64,000 nucleotides of DNA from an uncultured delta proteobacterium (GCA_963772835.1 CAVYYZ010000012.1:128001-192000); one strand, 5' to 3'; positions 30,531 to 42,174 are shown, numbered from the stretch's first letter. The notes: generated by a model from the sequence alone, not told the origin. Numbers and translations are program-made.

Positions 30531-31304
30531 ATGCAGTCAATTATGCTTGGTTTGACCTCTGTTCCGGGAATAATGGGTGGTATGATCTCCGATGAGCGGG
30601 GAAATGTTTTAGCCCACTCTTTTCCCGCGTACTTTGACGCAGGGAATCTCAAAAGTGCTGCCGAACTGCTCCAGGATAATACTGTCGGCCTTCAGGACGT
30701 CACCGGTGGGGTAAAACTCTTTGATATCCGCTTTGAACTGGGTCGTCTTATCATCAAGACTCTTCCCAATATGTTTATTGTCATACTCTGCCAGCCGACG
30801 GTAAACATTCAACTCCTGTATATTTCACTGAATGTTGCTATTAAAAAACTTGAGAAACTTTCTGTTGACCAGCTTTTGGCCCAACCGGCCAAGCAGGCGA
30901 CTCCACAGATTCAGCCCCCGCAAGCGGTCGTCGCAGCCCCGCGGCCTGTCAGTACCGCACCGGACCGCTATCGTGCAGTGCCAGAAGGGAAAGGGATTCT
31001 GCTGACCTGTGAAACCATGAAAGATGCTGAAGTTTTTTTTGGTGTCGATTCCGCTAGCGTCAACAAGAACACCATACGAGCAATCAGTGAATATTTCGAA
31101 ACCGATCCGGTCAAGAAACTGACCATTACCAACCTTGCGAACGGAACCAAGAAAACCGTCCCCGTTTCAGTATTGCCGCATGACCGGGACGGCGTGTATG
31201 ACGGGAAGATATCCCCGTCTAAGTCTTTGTATGAATCGCTCCGCGTCAAAGAGGGAGACCAGGTACGTGTCGAAATTGCCACTGGCGGCAGATTCTTCGG
31301 ATAG
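30531..31304 (+). CDS. Roadblock/LC7 (MglB-like) domain protein with a Pro-rich linker and an unassigned C-terminal domain
   Basis: N-terminal LTSVPGIMGGMISDERGNVLA...NIQLLYISLNVAIKKL fits a roadblock pattern; GGGGG RBS. Confidence 0.65.
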   Translation: MQSIMLGLTSVPGIMGGMISDERGNVLAHSFPAYFDAGNLKSAAELLQDNTVGLQDVTGGVKLFDIRFELGRLIIKTLPNMFIVILCQPTVNIQLLYISLNVAIKKLEKLSVDQLLAQPAKQATPQIQPPQAVVAAPRPVSTAPDRYRAVPEGKGILLTCETMKDAEVFFGVDSASVNKNTIRAISEYFETDPVKKLTITNLANGTKKTVPVSVLPHDRDGVYDGKISPSKSLYESLRVKEGDQVRVEIATGGRFFG

Positions 31305-31344
31305 AACGTATTTGACATTATTTTCGTGTGCGTCCAGTAAATGC

Positions 31345-31373
31345 TTGCCAGATCAAAGAAAAGCTGACATAGT
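31345..31373 (+). promoter_or_regulatory. Sigma70-like promoter of typA
   Basis: TTGCCA-N17-CATAGT. Confidence 0.5.
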
Positions 31374-31437
31374 ACCAAATTATCGACGGGCAGCAATGCC
31401 CGTCTTTTTATTTTGCGGAATTGAGGAGTTTTACACC

Positions 31438-33243
31438 ATGCAGGAACGAATCAGAAATATCGCCATTATTGCCCACGTCGACCATGGCAAAACCACGTTG
31501 GTAGACGCCATGCTGAAGCACGCCGGAGTGTATCGCGCCAATGAAACTATTACCGAACGGGTCATGGACTCGAACGACCTGGAAAAAGAGCGTGGTATCA
31601 CCATCCTGGCCAAGAGTCTCTCGATTCACCACGGCCCATACAAAATCAATATCGTTGACACTCCAGGTCACGCCGACTTCGGCGGAGAAGTGGAACGGGT
31701 ACTCAAGATGGTCGACTCCGTGCTTCTGCTGGTTGACGCTCTGGACGGCCCAATGCCGCAGACCCGCTTCGTTCTGAAAAAATCGCTTGACCTGAACCTG
31801 AAGCCGATTGTCGTCATCAACAAGATCGACCGCCCCGGCAGCCGGCCGGACGAAGTGCTCAACATGGTTTTCGATCTGTTTTGCGAACTGAACGCATCCG
31901 ACGATCAGCTCGACTTTCCGGTGGTTTATACCAGCGCCAAACTGGGCTACGCCAAGCTGGATATCAACATCGAATCAACCAACCTTGAGCCGCTCTTTGC
32001 GGTGATTGAATCAAATGTCCGCCCGCCTAAGGGAGACATCAATGCCCCGTTCCAGATGCTTATCGCCAACATCGATTACAACGACTACATCGGCCGCATG
32101 GCAACCGGTCGTATTTTCAACGGCAAGGTAAGAGCCGGCGAGACGGTGGCCATGATCAAGGCAGACGGATCAATCTCGAAGGGACGCATCACTAAACTGC
32201 TTGGCTATGAAGGTTTAAAGCAGGTTGATATTGAAGAGGCCGGAACCGGCGACATTGTCACCGTCGCCGGCTTTGAAGATGTCAGTATCGGTGAGACGCT
32301 GGCTTCGGCGGAAAATCCTATCGCAGTCCCCTACGTTTCCATTGACGAACCAACCCTTTCGATGAACTTCATCGTCAATACATCGCCCTTTGCCGGCCGC
32401 GAAGGCAAATGGGTCACTTCGCGTAACATCCGCGAACGCCTTACCAAAGAACTACGCACCAATGTTTCGCTCCGGGTCGATGATACTGACAGTGCAGACA
32501 CTTTTATGGTCTCCGGCCGGGGCGAACTGCACCTCTCAATCCTGATCGAAACCATGCGCCGCGAGGGGTTCGAGTTGGCCGTTTCCAAACCGGAAGTCAT
32601 CGTCCGGATCAAGGATGGAGTCAAAATGGAACCGATGGAATATCTGGTGGTCGATGTGGCTTCGGAATTCCAGGGTGCCATCATCGAGAAGATGGGACCC
32701 CGCAAGGGAGAGATGGTCGCCATGGCGCCAATGGGCGAGATGGTGCGTCTCGAATTCATCATACCGGCGCGCGGCCTGATCGGTCTGCGCGGCGAGGTCC
32801 TGACCGATACCCGTGGCACCGCCGTTATGACCCATACCTTTCACGAATATGCCCCCTACAAGGGTGATATCCCCGGTCGTAAAAACGGTGCGCTGATGGC
32901 CATGGATCACGGTGAAACCACCGCTTACTCACTGGACGCACTGCAGCCGCGCGGTACTCTGTTTATCGGTGCCGGTGTCGAAGTCTACGGAGGGATGATC
33001 ATTGGCCAGAATAACAAAGACAACGATCTGGACATCAACCCCTGTAAAGGGAAGAAATTGACCAACGTACGTGCCTCCGGTACCGACGATGCCATCAAAC
33101 TCACTCCGCCAAAACTCATGACGCTCGAACAGGCGCTGGAATTTATCGAAGATGACGAACTGGTTGAGGTTACTCCGCTTTCGATTCGCCTCCGCAAAAA
33201 AGAGCTTGATCCAACCCGACGCAAGCGGGCAAACAAAGGGTAG
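31438..33243 (+). CDS. typA: Translational GTPase TypA/BipA
   Basis: [34 protein letters not shown] and GRGELHL. The true start is the ATG at 31438 after GAGGAG. Confidence 0.98.
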   Translation: MQERIRNIAIIAHVDHGKTTLVDAMLKHAGVYRANETITERVMDSNDLEKERGITILAKSLSIHHGPYKINIVDTPGHADFGGEVERVLKMVDSVLLLVDALDGPMPQTRFVLKKSLDLNLKPIVVINKIDRPGSRPDEVLNMVFDLFCELNASDDQLDFPVVYTSAKLGYAKLDINIESTNLEPLFAVIESNVRPPKGDINAPFQMLIANIDYNDYIGRMATGRIFNGKVRAGETVAMIKADGSISKGRITKLLGYEGLKQVDIEEAGTGDIVTVAGFEDVSIGETLASAENPIAVPYVSIDEPTLSMNFIVNTSPFAGREGKWVTSRNIRERLTKELRTNVSLRVDDTDSADTFMVSGRGELHLSILIETMRREGFELAVSKPEVIVRIKDGVKMEPMEYLVVDVASEFQGAIIEKMGPRKGEMVAMAPMGEMVRLEFIIPARGLIGLRGEVLTDTRGTAVMTHTFHEYAPYKGDIPGRKNGALMAMDHGETTAYSLDALQPRGTLFIGAGVEVYGGMIIGQNNKDNDLDINPCKGKKLTNVRASGTDDAIKLTPPKLMTLEQALEFIEDDELVEVTPLSIRLRKKELDPTRRKRANKG

Positions 33244-33267
33244 ATATACCGAAATAACGCGTATACG

Positions 33268-33298
33268 TGAGCCGGGGATTTTTTCCCCGGCTCATTTT
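33268..33298 (+). terminator. Intrinsic terminator after typA
   Basis: TGAGCCGGGGA-loop-TCCCCGGCTCA followed by TTTT. Confidence 0.8.
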
Positions 33299-33387
33299 GT
33301 TTCTTACAGGAATAATCTGGTGATTTTTAACGGTGCGAATGCTATAGTTCTTCGGTAAATTCCATACGTTCAGGCGGGGCACACAAC

Positions 33388-34605
33388 ATGGCAGAACAAA
33401 CGATTTATCTGATAGGAGCAGGTTTCACCGGCTGGGACGGTTTCCCGGCCAAGGCGCTTGAGATTATCGCCACGGCAGACATCATGGTCGGCAATCAGCG
33501 TCACCTGGAAATTTTTCCCGATTTTGCCGGTGTAAAAAGAGAGCTTGGTGATCTTTCAGAATTGATCGATTTTCTCAAGAAAACCGATCAGCGTGTAGTC
33601 CTTCTGGCCTCAGGAGACCCGACTTTTTTCGGAATTTCAAGATTCCTGCTGCGGAATCTCCCAAAAGAACGTATCGAAATTTTCCCCAATGTAACCAGCA
33701 TGCAATACGCCTTTGCCCGGATCAAAGAGTCGTGGGACGACGGCATTTTCGTTTCGGTTCATGGGCGCGGCATGCACCAGGCGATAGACAAGATCATCGC
33801 CGCTGAAAAAGCCTGTGTTCTGACCGACAAAATCAACACCCCGGCAGCAATCGCGGCAGAACTGATCGAGCGGGGTGCAGAAGGGTATGAGGCGTGGCTC
33901 TGCGAAGATCTCGGCATGCCGACAGAAAAATTTACTAAGACGACTGTACGCGGACTGCTGGATATTGCTGCATCTGATTTGAATATTCTTATTCTGATCC
34001 GCACCTACGAACCAAACCTCGTCCACTATCCGCTGATAGGTATCGATGACGACGAGTTCCACACTTCGAAAAAGTTGATCACCAAACTGGAGGTACGTGC
34101 AGTCACACTTGCAAAACTCCAGCTGCAGGATGACCTGGTACTCTGGGACATCGGGGCCGGTAGCTGTTCTGTTTCGATCGAAGCCTCCAACTTAATGCCG
34201 GCTGGAAGAATTTTTGCTGTAGAAAAGAATCTGCAGTGCATCGGGTTTATAAACGAAAACCTGAAGAAGTTCTGTGCCCGAAATATAAAGCTGATCGAGG
34301 CGTACGCCCCCGACGGCCTGGATGATCTTCCCGATCCGGATCGGGTTTTCATCGGCGGAGCCGGAGGTAAACTGGATGAGATCATCGATATCGTATCGCA
34401 GCGGCTGAGACCGGATGGCGTTGTGGTTATCAATGCAGTGACTCTGGATACTCTCACCAGAGCGGTGGAATTTCTTGAAGACCACGGTTTTACGGTAGAA
34501 GCGACTTGCATCAATGTCGCCAAGACCCGGAACCTTACCGAATACAAGATGTTTGAAGCCCAGAACCCGGTCTATGTAATTTCAGCCTGCAAGGGTGGCG
34601 AATAG
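33388..34605 (+). CDS. cbiET: Bifunctional (cobalt-)precorrin methyltransferase CbiE/CbiT (CobL)
   Basis: LASGDPTFFG, SVHGR, TKLEVRAVTLAKL, WDIGAGS and PDRVFIGG. Confidence 0.92.
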   Translation: MAEQTIYLIGAGFTGWDGFPAKALEIIATADIMVGNQRHLEIFPDFAGVKRELGDLSELIDFLKKTDQRVVLLASGDPTFFGISRFLLRNLPKERIEIFPNVTSMQYAFARIKESWDDGIFVSVHGRGMHQAIDKIIAAEKACVLTDKINTPAAIAAELIERGAEGYEAWLCEDLGMPTEKFTKTTVRGLLDIAASDLNILILIRTYEPNLVHYPLIGIDDDEFHTSKKLITKLEVRAVTLAKLQLQDDLVLWDIGAGSCSVSIEASNLMPAGRIFAVEKNLQCIGFINENLKKFCARNIKLIEAYAPDGLDDLPDPDRVFIGGAGGKLDEIIDIVSQRLRPDGVVVINAVTLDTLTRAVEFLEDHGFTVEATCINVAKTRNLTEYKMFEAQNPVYVISACKGGE

Positions 34606-35303
34606 TGGCAATGGTTTATGCTGTAGGAGTAGGCCCCGGCGACCCCGAACTGCTGACCCGCAAGGCTGAACGGGTCCTGCGGGGTGCAGACGTTATTCTT
34701 GCTCCGGTATCCAATCCTGTAGAGGCCAGCGTGGCCCTGGAAACGATCCGCGAATTCATCAATGAGGAACGTCAGGAGATCATAGTTCATCAATTTCCGA
34801 TGACCTCTGACCGGACACGCCTGATTCCAGCCTGGCAGGAGGCAGCGGCTCTCATCGCAGCGCATGCGGAGGCGGGACGTTCAGTTGCCTTCATCACGAT
34901 CGGTGACCCACTGTTTTACTCGACGTTTATTTACCTGCTGCGGATACTGCGCAAACAGTGGCCGCATCTCCCGATCGAAATCATTCCGGGCATATCGAGC
35001 ATCAATGCCGCAGCGGCTCAGGCTGCTCTCCCCCTTGTGGAGAGTGATGAAAAAATGGTTGTGATTCCGGCCACTGCCGGGATAAGACAGATTAAAACAG
35101 CCTTGGAGAACTACGAAACCGTGGTGCTCCTGAAAGTCAAGCCACTCTATGCGGAGATTGTAGAACTGCTTCACTCAACCGGAAGGGAGCATAGCACCGT
35201 TTTTGTCGAGCGGGTCGGGGGTTCCCGCCAGAAAGTTCTGACCGATTTCAGCCAGATCGCCGCCCATTCACCCGATTATCTGTCGCTGATGATAATAAAA
35301 TAG
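34605..35303 (+). CDS. cbiL: Precorrin-2 / cobalt-factor II C20-methyltransferase
   Basis: GVGPGDPELLT, FPMT, IGDPLFYSTF and IPGISS. Confidence 0.92.
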   Translation: MAMVYAVGVGPGDPELLTRKAERVLRGADVILAPVSNPVEASVALETIREFINEERQEIIVHQFPMTSDRTRLIPAWQEAAALIAAHAEAGRSVAFITIGDPLFYSTFIYLLRILRKQWPHLPIEIIPGISSINAAAAQAALPLVESDEKMVVIPATAGIRQIKTALENYETVVLLKVKPLYAEIVELLHSTGREHSTVFVERVGGSRQKVLTDFSQIAAHSPDYLSLMIIK

Positions 35304-35341
35304 TTTCAATAAGCCGCGTCTGCAGTTGTTCCTCCATACAC

Positions 35342-35389
35342 AAAAAAGTCCGTTCATCCCTGAATTATCAGTGAATGAACGGACTTTTT
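35342..35389. terminator. Bidirectional terminator between cbiL and ppdK
   Basis: AAAAAAGTCCGTTCAT...ATGAACGGACTTTTT. Confidence 0.85.
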
Positions 35390-35417
35390 ATGTTACCCGG
35401 TACGGAAGGGGGTATAT

Positions 35418-38069
35418 TTATCCCAAAACCGCGTGTGCCGCCGCCAACCTGGCTATCGGCACTCTGAATGGTGAGCAGGACACATAATCCAGCCCGACAT
35501 TGTGGCAAAAAATAACCGATGCCGGATCGCCGCCATGTTCGCCGCAGATGCCGAGCTTGATGTTAGGGCGGGTTGATCGTCCCAGTTCACACGCCATCTT
35601 GACCAGCTTGCCGACACCCTTCTGATCAAGCGACACGAAGGGATCTTCGGGAAGGATGTTATTGTCGACATAGAATGGCAGGAATTTGCCTGCATCGTCA
35701 CGTGACAGTCCAAATGTGGTCTGGGTCAGATCGTTCGTCCCAAATGAAAAGAACTCTGCCTCCACCGCGATTTCGTCAGCTGTCAGGGCGGCACGCGGCA
35801 GCTCGATCATTGTACCGATCAGATACTCTACCTTGACGCCGTAACGGGCAATGATCTTGTCACAGATGATCACGGCATTCTGCTTGAGAACCGACAACTC
35901 TTTGACTGTCGCAATCAGCGGAATCATGATTTCAGGAACGATGCTGAACCCTTCATTGCTTACCAGCTCGCAGGCCGCTTCCATGATCGCAGTAACCTGC
36001 ATATTGTAAATTTCCGGAAATGTAATGCCCAGACGACAGCCGCGGTGACCCAGCATCGGGTTGAACTCGTGCAGTGTATCTATCTTATGCTTGAGCGCGT
36101 TGACCGGAACCTTCATCGTCTTGCACAACTCTTCAATATCCTTCTCTTCCTGCGGCAGGAACTCGTGCAAAGGCGGGTCAAGCAGACGAATGGTCACCGG
36201 CAGCCCTTTCATCTCCCTGAACAGCCCGATAAAATCCCCTTTCTGCATCGGAAGAATCTTGGCCAGGGCATGCTCACGCCCTTCTACATCATCGGACAAA
36301 ATCATCTCCCTCACGGCAGCAATTCTCTCCGCGTCAAAGAACATATGCTCTGTGCGGCAGAGACCAATCCCTTCTGCCCCAAATTCGCGTGCGACCTTGG
36401 CATCATGGGGTGTATCGGCATTGGTGCGAACCTTCAGGCGACGTATACCGTCCACCCACCCCATCAACGTATTATAATCATCGGTCAATTGAGCTGTTAC
36501 AGTCGGTACCGCGCCCAGCATCACTTCACCCTGTGTTCCATCCAGCGTGATCAGGTCTCCTTTTCTTACAACAACCCCGTTTTTGGCGGTAAAGCACTGG
36601 TTGGCATAATCCACTTTGATGTCGCCGCAGCCGGCAACGCAGCACTTGCCCATTCCGCGGGCAACGACTGCAGCATGAGATGTCATGCCGCCTCGAGCGG
36701 TCAGGATCCCCTGAGCGGCATGCATACCGTGGATGTCTTCAGGGGAGGTTTCTACGCGCACCAGAATAATTTTACGGCCGACCTTAGCTTCAGATTCCGC
36801 TTCATCGGCAGTAAAAACAACCAGACCGGATACGGCGCCCGGAGATGCCGGGAGACCCTTTGCGATGATATTTTTAACCGCTTTCGGATCAAGTGAAGGG
36901 TGCAGCAGCTGATCAAGCTGTTCGGGGGCTACACGCTTTACAGCGGTTTTTTCATCGATCAGTCCTTCGGCAACCATGTCAACCGCAATCTTGATGGCTG
37001 CAGGTGCGGTACGCTTGCCATTGCGGGTCTGCAGCATAAAGAGTTTGCCCTTTTCGATCGTAAACTCGATGTCCTGCATATCTTTGTAATGTTTTTCGAG
37101 TATTGCCCGGATAGAAACCAGTTGCCGGTAACACTCCGGCATAACCTCCTCCATCGGCGGCAGCGACGTGGCTTTGGCACGGTTGATCGGTTGCGGAGTA
37201 CGGATACCGGCAACGACATCTTCACCCTGGGCGTTGACCAGATATTCACCATAGAAATAATCTTCACCCGTGGATGGATCTCGGGTAAAGGCTACGCCGG
37301 TGGCACAGTCATCCCCCATGTTTCCATAGACCATTGATTGGACGTTTACGGCGGTGCCCCATTCCGCAGGGATGTTGTTAAGCCGGCGGTATGTGATGGC
37401 GCGCGGGTTCATCCATGAACCGAATACGGCGCCGATTGCACCCCACAGCTGGTCCTGAGGATCTTCAGGGAACGGGATCCCGAGATCTTCCTTGATTCTG
37501 TTTTTAAATGCGGATACCAGATCCTTCCAATCTCCCGCACTCAGATCGGTGTCGAGATGAACCCCCCTCTCTTCTTTTTTCTGCTCAAGCAGGAGTTCGA
37601 GGGCGTGTTTATCCATGCCCATCACGACATCAGAATACATCTGTACAAAGCGGCGATAGGCATCGTATGCGAAGCGCTCGTCACCGCTTTGGGAAACAAT
37701 ACCCCGTACGGTGGTATCATTGAGACCCAGGTTGAGGACTGTATCCATCATCCCCGGCATGGAGGCACGGGCGCCGGAACGCACTGAAACCAGCAGAGGA
37801 TTGTCGGGGTCACCGAATTTACGACCCATCAGAGCTTCGACACGGGAGAGATGGACGGCAACTTCTGCCGCGAGGGAGGAGGGATACTTATTATCGTTCT
37901 TATAAAACTCGGTACAGACCTCTGTGCTAAGTGTGAAGCCGGGCGGGACCGGAAGGCCGATGCTGGTCATTTCGGCAAGATTAGCCCCTTTACCACCCAG
38001 CAGATTTTTCATATCAGCCCGACCTTCAGCCTGACCGTTACCAAAGAAATACACAAATTTCTGCGCCAT
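35418..38069 (-). CDS. ppdK: Pyruvate phosphate dikinase
   Basis: [24 protein letters not shown] and [11 protein letters not shown]; start [10 protein letters not shown] after GGAG. Confidence 0.98.
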   Translation of the reverse strand: MAQKFVYFFGNGQAEGRADMKNLLGGKGANLAEMTSIGLPVPPGFTLSTEVCTEFYKNDNKYPSSLAAEVAVHLSRVEALMGRKFGDPDNPLLVSVRSGARASMPGMMDTVLNLGLNDTTVRGIVSQSGDERFAYDAYRRFVQMYSDVVMGMDKHALELLLEQKKEERGVHLDTDLSAGDWKDLVSAFKNRIKEDLGIPFPEDPQDQLWGAIGAVFGSWMNPRAITYRRLNNIPAEWGTAVNVQSMVYGNMGDDCATGVAFTRDPSTGEDYFYGEYLVNAQGEDVVAGIRTPQPINRAKATSLPPMEEVMPECYRQLVSIRAILEKHYKDMQDIEFTIEKGKLFMLQTRNGKRTAPAAIKIAVDMVAEGLIDEKTAVKRVAPEQLDQLLHPSLDPKAVKNIIAKGLPASPGAVSGLVVFTADEAESEAKVGRKIILVRVETSPEDIHGMHAAQGILTARGGMTSHAAVVARGMGKCCVAGCGDIKVDYANQCFTAKNGVVVRKGDLITLDGTQGEVMLGAVPTVTAQLTDDYNTLMGWVDGIRRLKVRTNADTPHDAKVAREFGAEGIGLCRTEHMFFDAERIAAVREMILSDDVEGREHALAKILPMQKGDFIGLFREMKGLPVTIRLLDPPLHEFLPQEEKDIEELCKTMKVPVNALKHKIDTLHEFNPMLGHRGCRLGITFPEIYNMQVTAIMEAACELVSNEGFSIVPEIMIPLIATVKELSVLKQNAVIICDKIIARYGVKVEYLIGTMIELPRAALTADEIAVEAEFFSFGTNDLTQTTFGLSRDDAGKFLPFYVDNNILPEDPFVSLDQKGVGKLVKMACELGRSTRPNIKLGICGEHGGDPASVIFCHNVGLDYVSCSPFRVPIARLAAAHAVLG

Positions 38070-38209
38070 AGTACCATCTCCTCTTTCGTAGAATACTAAC
38101 GAGTGCTTTACAGGCACTAAAAACATTTATTCATAATGAATATAACAGTTTAGAGGATTAGACTATAGCGCAGATTTTCAAAATATCAACTATATTGTGA
38201 ATTTTTTTC

Positions 38210-38650
38210 TTACTTCGTATCCCAGCTGGTGATATCGGTGTTCTTTCCTTCCCCCCCTTTGACGCCGTCAAAACCATAGGAAAAGAGGTCGTAGTCGCCA
38301 TGCTCGCCGGGGGAAATGTACAGGTAGTCGTTACCCCAGGGGTCTTTGGGAATTTTCTTGCTCTCAAGATATCCCTCATCCTTGTACCCCTTCGGCATTA
38401 CACCTACAGTCGGTTTTGTGATCAGAGCGCTCAACCCCTGTTCGGTGGATGGATAATTACCGTTATCAAGCTTGTACAGCTTGAGGGCCGTCTCAATATT
38501 CTTGATTTGCACCCGCGCATCGGTAATCTTGGCATCATCTGTCCGCCCCATCAGTTTCGGGCCGACGAGCGCGGCCAACAGCGCCAGTATGACGATCACG
38601 ACCATGATCTCGATCAGGGTAAATCCTTTAGTGTTGTTTATTCGGTGCAT
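38210..38650 (-). CDS. gspG: Type II secretion major pseudopilin GspG
   Basis: Prepilin motif [29 protein letters not shown] and SYGFDG. Confidence 0.93.
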   Translation of the reverse strand: MHRINNTKGFTLIEIMVVIVILALLAALVGPKLMGRTDDAKITDARVQIKNIETALKLYKLDNGNYPSTEQGLSALITKPTVGVMPKGYKDEGYLESKKIPKDPWGNDYLYISPGEHGDYDLFSYGFDGVKGGEGKNTDITSWDTK

Positions 38651-38848
38651 ATCTGTGTGTACCTCCTGCGTGAATTCTCTGCTGTTGAACTCTACTCAAA
38701 AGAGAGGCGGTATGGCAAGCTCTTTCAGGTCCGTGGATGCTTCAAAAAATATCATTGGTACCTCAAATGCGGTATATGCTGCCGCAGTTTTTTTACTAAG
38801 ATGAAACATTACTTAATAACTCCGGATGGTTGCAATTTGCTTGCAGAT

Positions 38849-38864
38849 TGGCACTCAATATGCT
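38849..38864 (+). promoter_or_regulatory. Putative sigma54 (-24/-12) promoter upstream of ppcA
   Basis: TGGCACTCAATATGCT has correct GG-N10-GC spacing. Confidence 0.45.
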
Positions 38865-38955
38865 AAATAGTTTACATCATCGATTAAGTAACAGCTCAAA
38901 AGTAACTTACGCCTGCGTCATTACGCAGTACCAAACAAACAGAGGAGAAAAACAG

Positions 38956-39234
38956 ATGAAAAAAATCAGCGCCGTAGTAGCAATGTTTGCCGTCACCGCT
39001 TTTGCAGGAGCAGCTTTAGCAGCCGACGTAATCGAGTTGCCAGCCTCCATGGGTAAGATATCCTTCCCTCACAAAAAACATCAGGAAATGCTGAAAGACT
39101 GCAAAAAGTGCCACGAAAAAGGCCCGGGGAAAATTGCCGAACTCGGCAAGGATTGGGCACACAAAACCTGCAAAGGATGCCACGCTGAGATGAAAAAAGG
39201 ACCAACTTCCTGCAAAGATTGCCACAAAAAATAA
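38956..39234 (+). CDS. ppcA: Periplasmic triheme cytochrome c7 (PpcA family)
   Basis: Signal peptide; FPHKKH; three CXXCH motifs (CKKCH, CKGCH, CKDCH); GKDWAHK. Confidence 0.93.
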   Translation: MKKISAVVAMFAVTAFAGAALAADVIELPASMGKISFPHKKHQEMLKDCKKCHEKGPGKIAELGKDWAHKTCKGCHAEMKKGPTSCKDCHKK

Positions 39235-39262
39235 GCGCTGAACACTAGTTTGCAGCCATGCC

Positions 39263-39298
39263 GGGGGTAGCGCATCAGCGCTGCCCCCGTTTGTTTTC
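39263..39298 (+). terminator. Hairpin terminator after ppcA, overlapping the mutY-like stop codon
   Basis: GGGGTAGCGC-ATCA-GCGCTGCCCC followed by a T-rich tail. Confidence 0.6.
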
Positions 39299-40165
39299 TC
39301 CCAGGATGCAATACCCCCCCCCTTTTTTTACCAGGAAACCCTCCCGCTGCATCGCTTCCAGATTACTTTGCACAGCTTCACGCGCGGACTCAAGGTAAAC
39401 AGCCAACTCTGTGAGTGATATGTACGGACGGTTCATAACCTCTTGTAAAATGCGGCTGCGCAGCTGCCGATTGGAACCCTCGAAGCGGCTCTGTTGTGTG
39501 TGGTGTTTGCTGCGGCGACCCGGATTAGGAAGAGTCTGTTTGAGCATAACACCGTAATCCATAAGGGCATAATACCATTGACGCGGATTAACCGTATCCA
39601 GGGTTACTGCTACCAGCGGCATGATTTCACTGTCACAGACTTTTTCCCGACCATGATAGAAACAGTGAATAAAAACCGTGCGGATGTTGGTTTCGATCAG
39701 CGGTTCAGCCACACCGTACGCGAATGCAGCCAGAGCACGGGCTGTGTAGGGCCCGACCCCCGGCAGTGATTGCAGCTCATCAATTGAGCGGGGAAACTGT
39801 CCGGCGTAGAACGTCTCAATTGCCTCGGAGCAGCGTTTCAGAAACAGCGCCCGGCGGCTGTAGCCCAACCCTTTCCATACCTGAAGAACGTCTGACAGGG
39901 ATGCGGCAGCCAATGCAGAAACCGTCGGAAAGGCACTCAAAAAGTTCACATACTTAATCTTGACACGCTCCACCTGGGTCTGCTGCAGCATTATTTCCGA
40001 CACCAGAATGTGATAGGGGTTATCTGTCTCGCGCCACGGCATCGGGCGGGGGTTAGCGTGGTAATTGTCGTAGATCATCAAGCGGAAAGAGGCTATGTCC
40101 TGAAGAGAAAGTTCTCCATTCTGATGAAAACTGCCCGTCAGATATGCCGGCGTCAGCGCCTTCAC
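39275..40165 (-). CDS. mutY: A/G-specific adenine glycosylase (MutY-like HhH-GPD), short form without the Fe-S motif
   Basis: [20 protein letters not shown] and LPGVGPYTA; 4-nt overlap with the uvrB stop. Confidence 0.85.
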   Translation of the reverse strand: MKALTPAYLTGSFHQNGELSLQDIASFRLMIYDNYHANPRPMPWRETDNPYHILVSEIMLQQTQVERVKIKYVNFLSAFPTVSALAAASLSDVLQVWKGLGYSRRALFLKRCSEAIETFYAGQFPRSIDELQSLPGVGPYTARALAAFAYGVAEPLIETNIRTVFIHCFYHGREKVCDSEIMPLVAVTLDTVNPRQWYYALMDYGVMLKQTLPNPGRRSKHHTQQSRFEGSNRQLRSRILQEVMNRPYISLTELAVYLESAREAVQSNLEAMQREGFLVKKGGGYCILGENKRGQR

Positions 40166-42174
40166 CGCAGTGCTAACTCCAACTCCTCCAGTTTTTTCAC
40201 CCGGTCACGCAGCACGACCGCCTTCTCGAAATTCAGCTCTTTAGCCGCAATCAGCATCTCTTTACGCAGTTTTTTTACCAGCTTCGGTATTTCTCTGGGT
40301 GCTACATATTCTTCGCCCGTTTCAGCAACTCCGGCAGGTTGCGTGACATAATCTTTCTCTTCGATTGACTCCAGGATACTGCGCAAACCTTTTTTGACCG
40401 TTTCAGGTGTGATGCCGTGTTCTTCGTTGTAGGCAAGCTGCCGGACCCGTCGCCGGCCGGTTTCATCAATACACGCCTGCATGGAGCGAGTCACGCTGTC
40501 ACCATACATAAGTACCCGGCCATTGACATTACGGGCGGCACGGCCGCAGGTCTGGATTAGTGACCGCTGGGAACGGAGAAACCCCTCCTTGTCGGCATCA
40601 AGAATGGCAACCAGCGAAACTTCCGGCAGATCAAGCCCTTCCCGAAGCAGATTAATCCCGACCAGTACATCAAATTCCCCCAGCCGCAGATCGCGAATGA
40701 TCTGCATCCGCTCTATGGTGACGATATCCGAATGGAGATATTTTATTCGCACCCCCAGTTCACGGTAATAATTAGTCAGCTCTTCTGCCATGCGCTTGGT
40801 CAGTGTCGTAACAAGCACCCGCTCGCCATGGGCAACAGTCTCACGGACTTCATGGAGGAGATCGTCTACCTGGCCGACGGAAATTCCCGCCGTCACTGGC
40901 CGCACCTCTATAATCGGATCAACCAGCCCGGTCGGACGTATGACCTGTTCAACAAACACGCCGCCGCTTGCCTCAAGCTCATAATCGGCCGGTGTTGCCG
41001 AAACATATACCACCTGACGGATGCGGGCCTGAAACTCCTGGAAATTGAGCGGCCGGTTGTCAAGTGCAGCCGGCAGCCGGAACCCGTAGTTGACCAGTGT
41101 TTCCTTGCGCGAGCGGTCGCCCCGGTACATGGCACCGGTCTGCGGTACGGTGATATGTGATTCGTCCACAAACAGCAGGAAATCGTCGGGGAAATAATCT
41201 ATCAGCGTATAGGGGGCCTCACCCGGCTGGCGCCCGTCAAAGTACCGCGAATAATTTTCGATACCGTGGCAGAACCCCATCTCCTCCATCATTTCGAGAT
41301 CATAGGCGGTACGCTGCTCGATGCGCTGTTCTTCCAGCAGCATGTTCTGACTGCGGAAATATCCGATCCGTTCCGCCAGATCAACCCGGATCTGCTCTAC
41401 CGCCCGCTCCAAAGTTTCGCGTGTGGAGACATAATGTGAAGCGGGATAGATGGAACACTTGGAGAGTTTTTGCAACACGATGCCCCGCAACGGATCGATT
41501 TCACTGATCGCTTCCACGTCATCTCCGAAAAATTCTATCCGGAGAGCCCGTTCACTGTCGTAGGCCGGAAAAATCTCGATCACATCCCCCCGTACCCGGA
41601 ACGTACCACGATGGAAATCCATATCATTGCGTTCGTACTGTATCTCGATCAGCTTGCGAAGCAGGTCGTCTCGGCCGAAATCATCCCCCTGATGAAAGTA
41701 GATGTGCATGGCCTGATACGCTTCAGGTGAGCCGATGCCGTAAATACAGGAGACCGATGCCACTATGATAACATCCCGCCGCGTCAGCAGACTTCGTGTC
41801 GCAGAATGGCGCATCTTGTCGATCTCATCGTTGATGGCGGAATCTTTTTCTATGAAGGTGTCACTGGTCGGAATATAGGCTTCCGGCTGATAATAATCGT
41901 AGTAGGATACGAAATACTCAACGGCATTATCGGGGAATAGCTCCTTGAATTCACCATACAGCTGCGCTGCCAGTGTCTTATTGGGGGCCAGCACCAGTGC
42001 CGGACGGGAGGTTTGGGCGATTACATTCGCAACGGTAAACGTTTTGCCGGAGCCGGTCACACCCAGCAGCGTCTGGTGGCGGTCTCCCCTTATTATTCCC
42101 TCTACAAGTTCATTAATGGCTTGGGGTTGGTCACCGCGAGGGGTGTATTCGGTTGTCAGATTAAAAATGGACAT
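40162..42174 (-). CDS. uvrB: Excinuclease ABC subunit B
   Basis: [35 protein letters not shown] and a C-terminal UVR domain. Confidence 0.99.
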   Translation of the reverse strand: MSIFNLTTEYTPRGDQPQAINELVEGIIRGDRHQTLLGVTGSGKTFTVANVIAQTSRPALVLAPNKTLAAQLYGEFKELFPDNAVEYFVSYYDYYQPEAYIPTSDTFIEKDSAINDEIDKMRHSATRSLLTRRDVIIVASVSCIYGIGSPEAYQAMHIYFHQGDDFGRDDLLRKLIEIQYERNDMDFHRGTFRVRGDVIEIFPAYDSERALRIEFFGDDVEAISEIDPLRGIVLQKLSKCSIYPASHYVSTRETLERAVEQIRVDLAERIGYFRSQNMLLEEQRIEQRTAYDLEMMEEMGFCHGIENYSRYFDGRQPGEAPYTLIDYFPDDFLLFVDESHITVPQTGAMYRGDRSRKETLVNYGFRLPAALDNRPLNFQEFQARIRQVVYVSATPADYELEASGGVFVEQVIRPTGLVDPIIEVRPVTAGISVGQVDDLLHEVRETVAHGERVLVTTLTKRMAEELTNYYRELGVRIKYLHSDIVTIERMQIIRDLRLGEFDVLVGINLLREGLDLPEVSLVAILDADKEGFLRSQRSLIQTCGRAARNVNGRVLMYGDSVTRSMQACIDETGRRRVRQLAYNEEHGITPETVKKGLRSILESIEEKDYVTQPAGVAETGEEYVAPREIPKLVKKLRKEMLIAAKELNFEKAVVLRDRVKKLEELELALR

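Noticed and set aside
31135..31437. 101-aa N-terminal extension of TypA in the ORF track
   Set aside because: It overlaps the upstream gene and the promoter; the canonical start with RBS is at 31438.
33244..33387. Cobalamin riboswitch upstream of cbiET
   Set aside because: The gap is short, partly occupied by the typA terminator, and shows no B12-box.
36045..36896. 283-aa plus-strand ORF
   Set aside because: Antisense shadow of ppdK.
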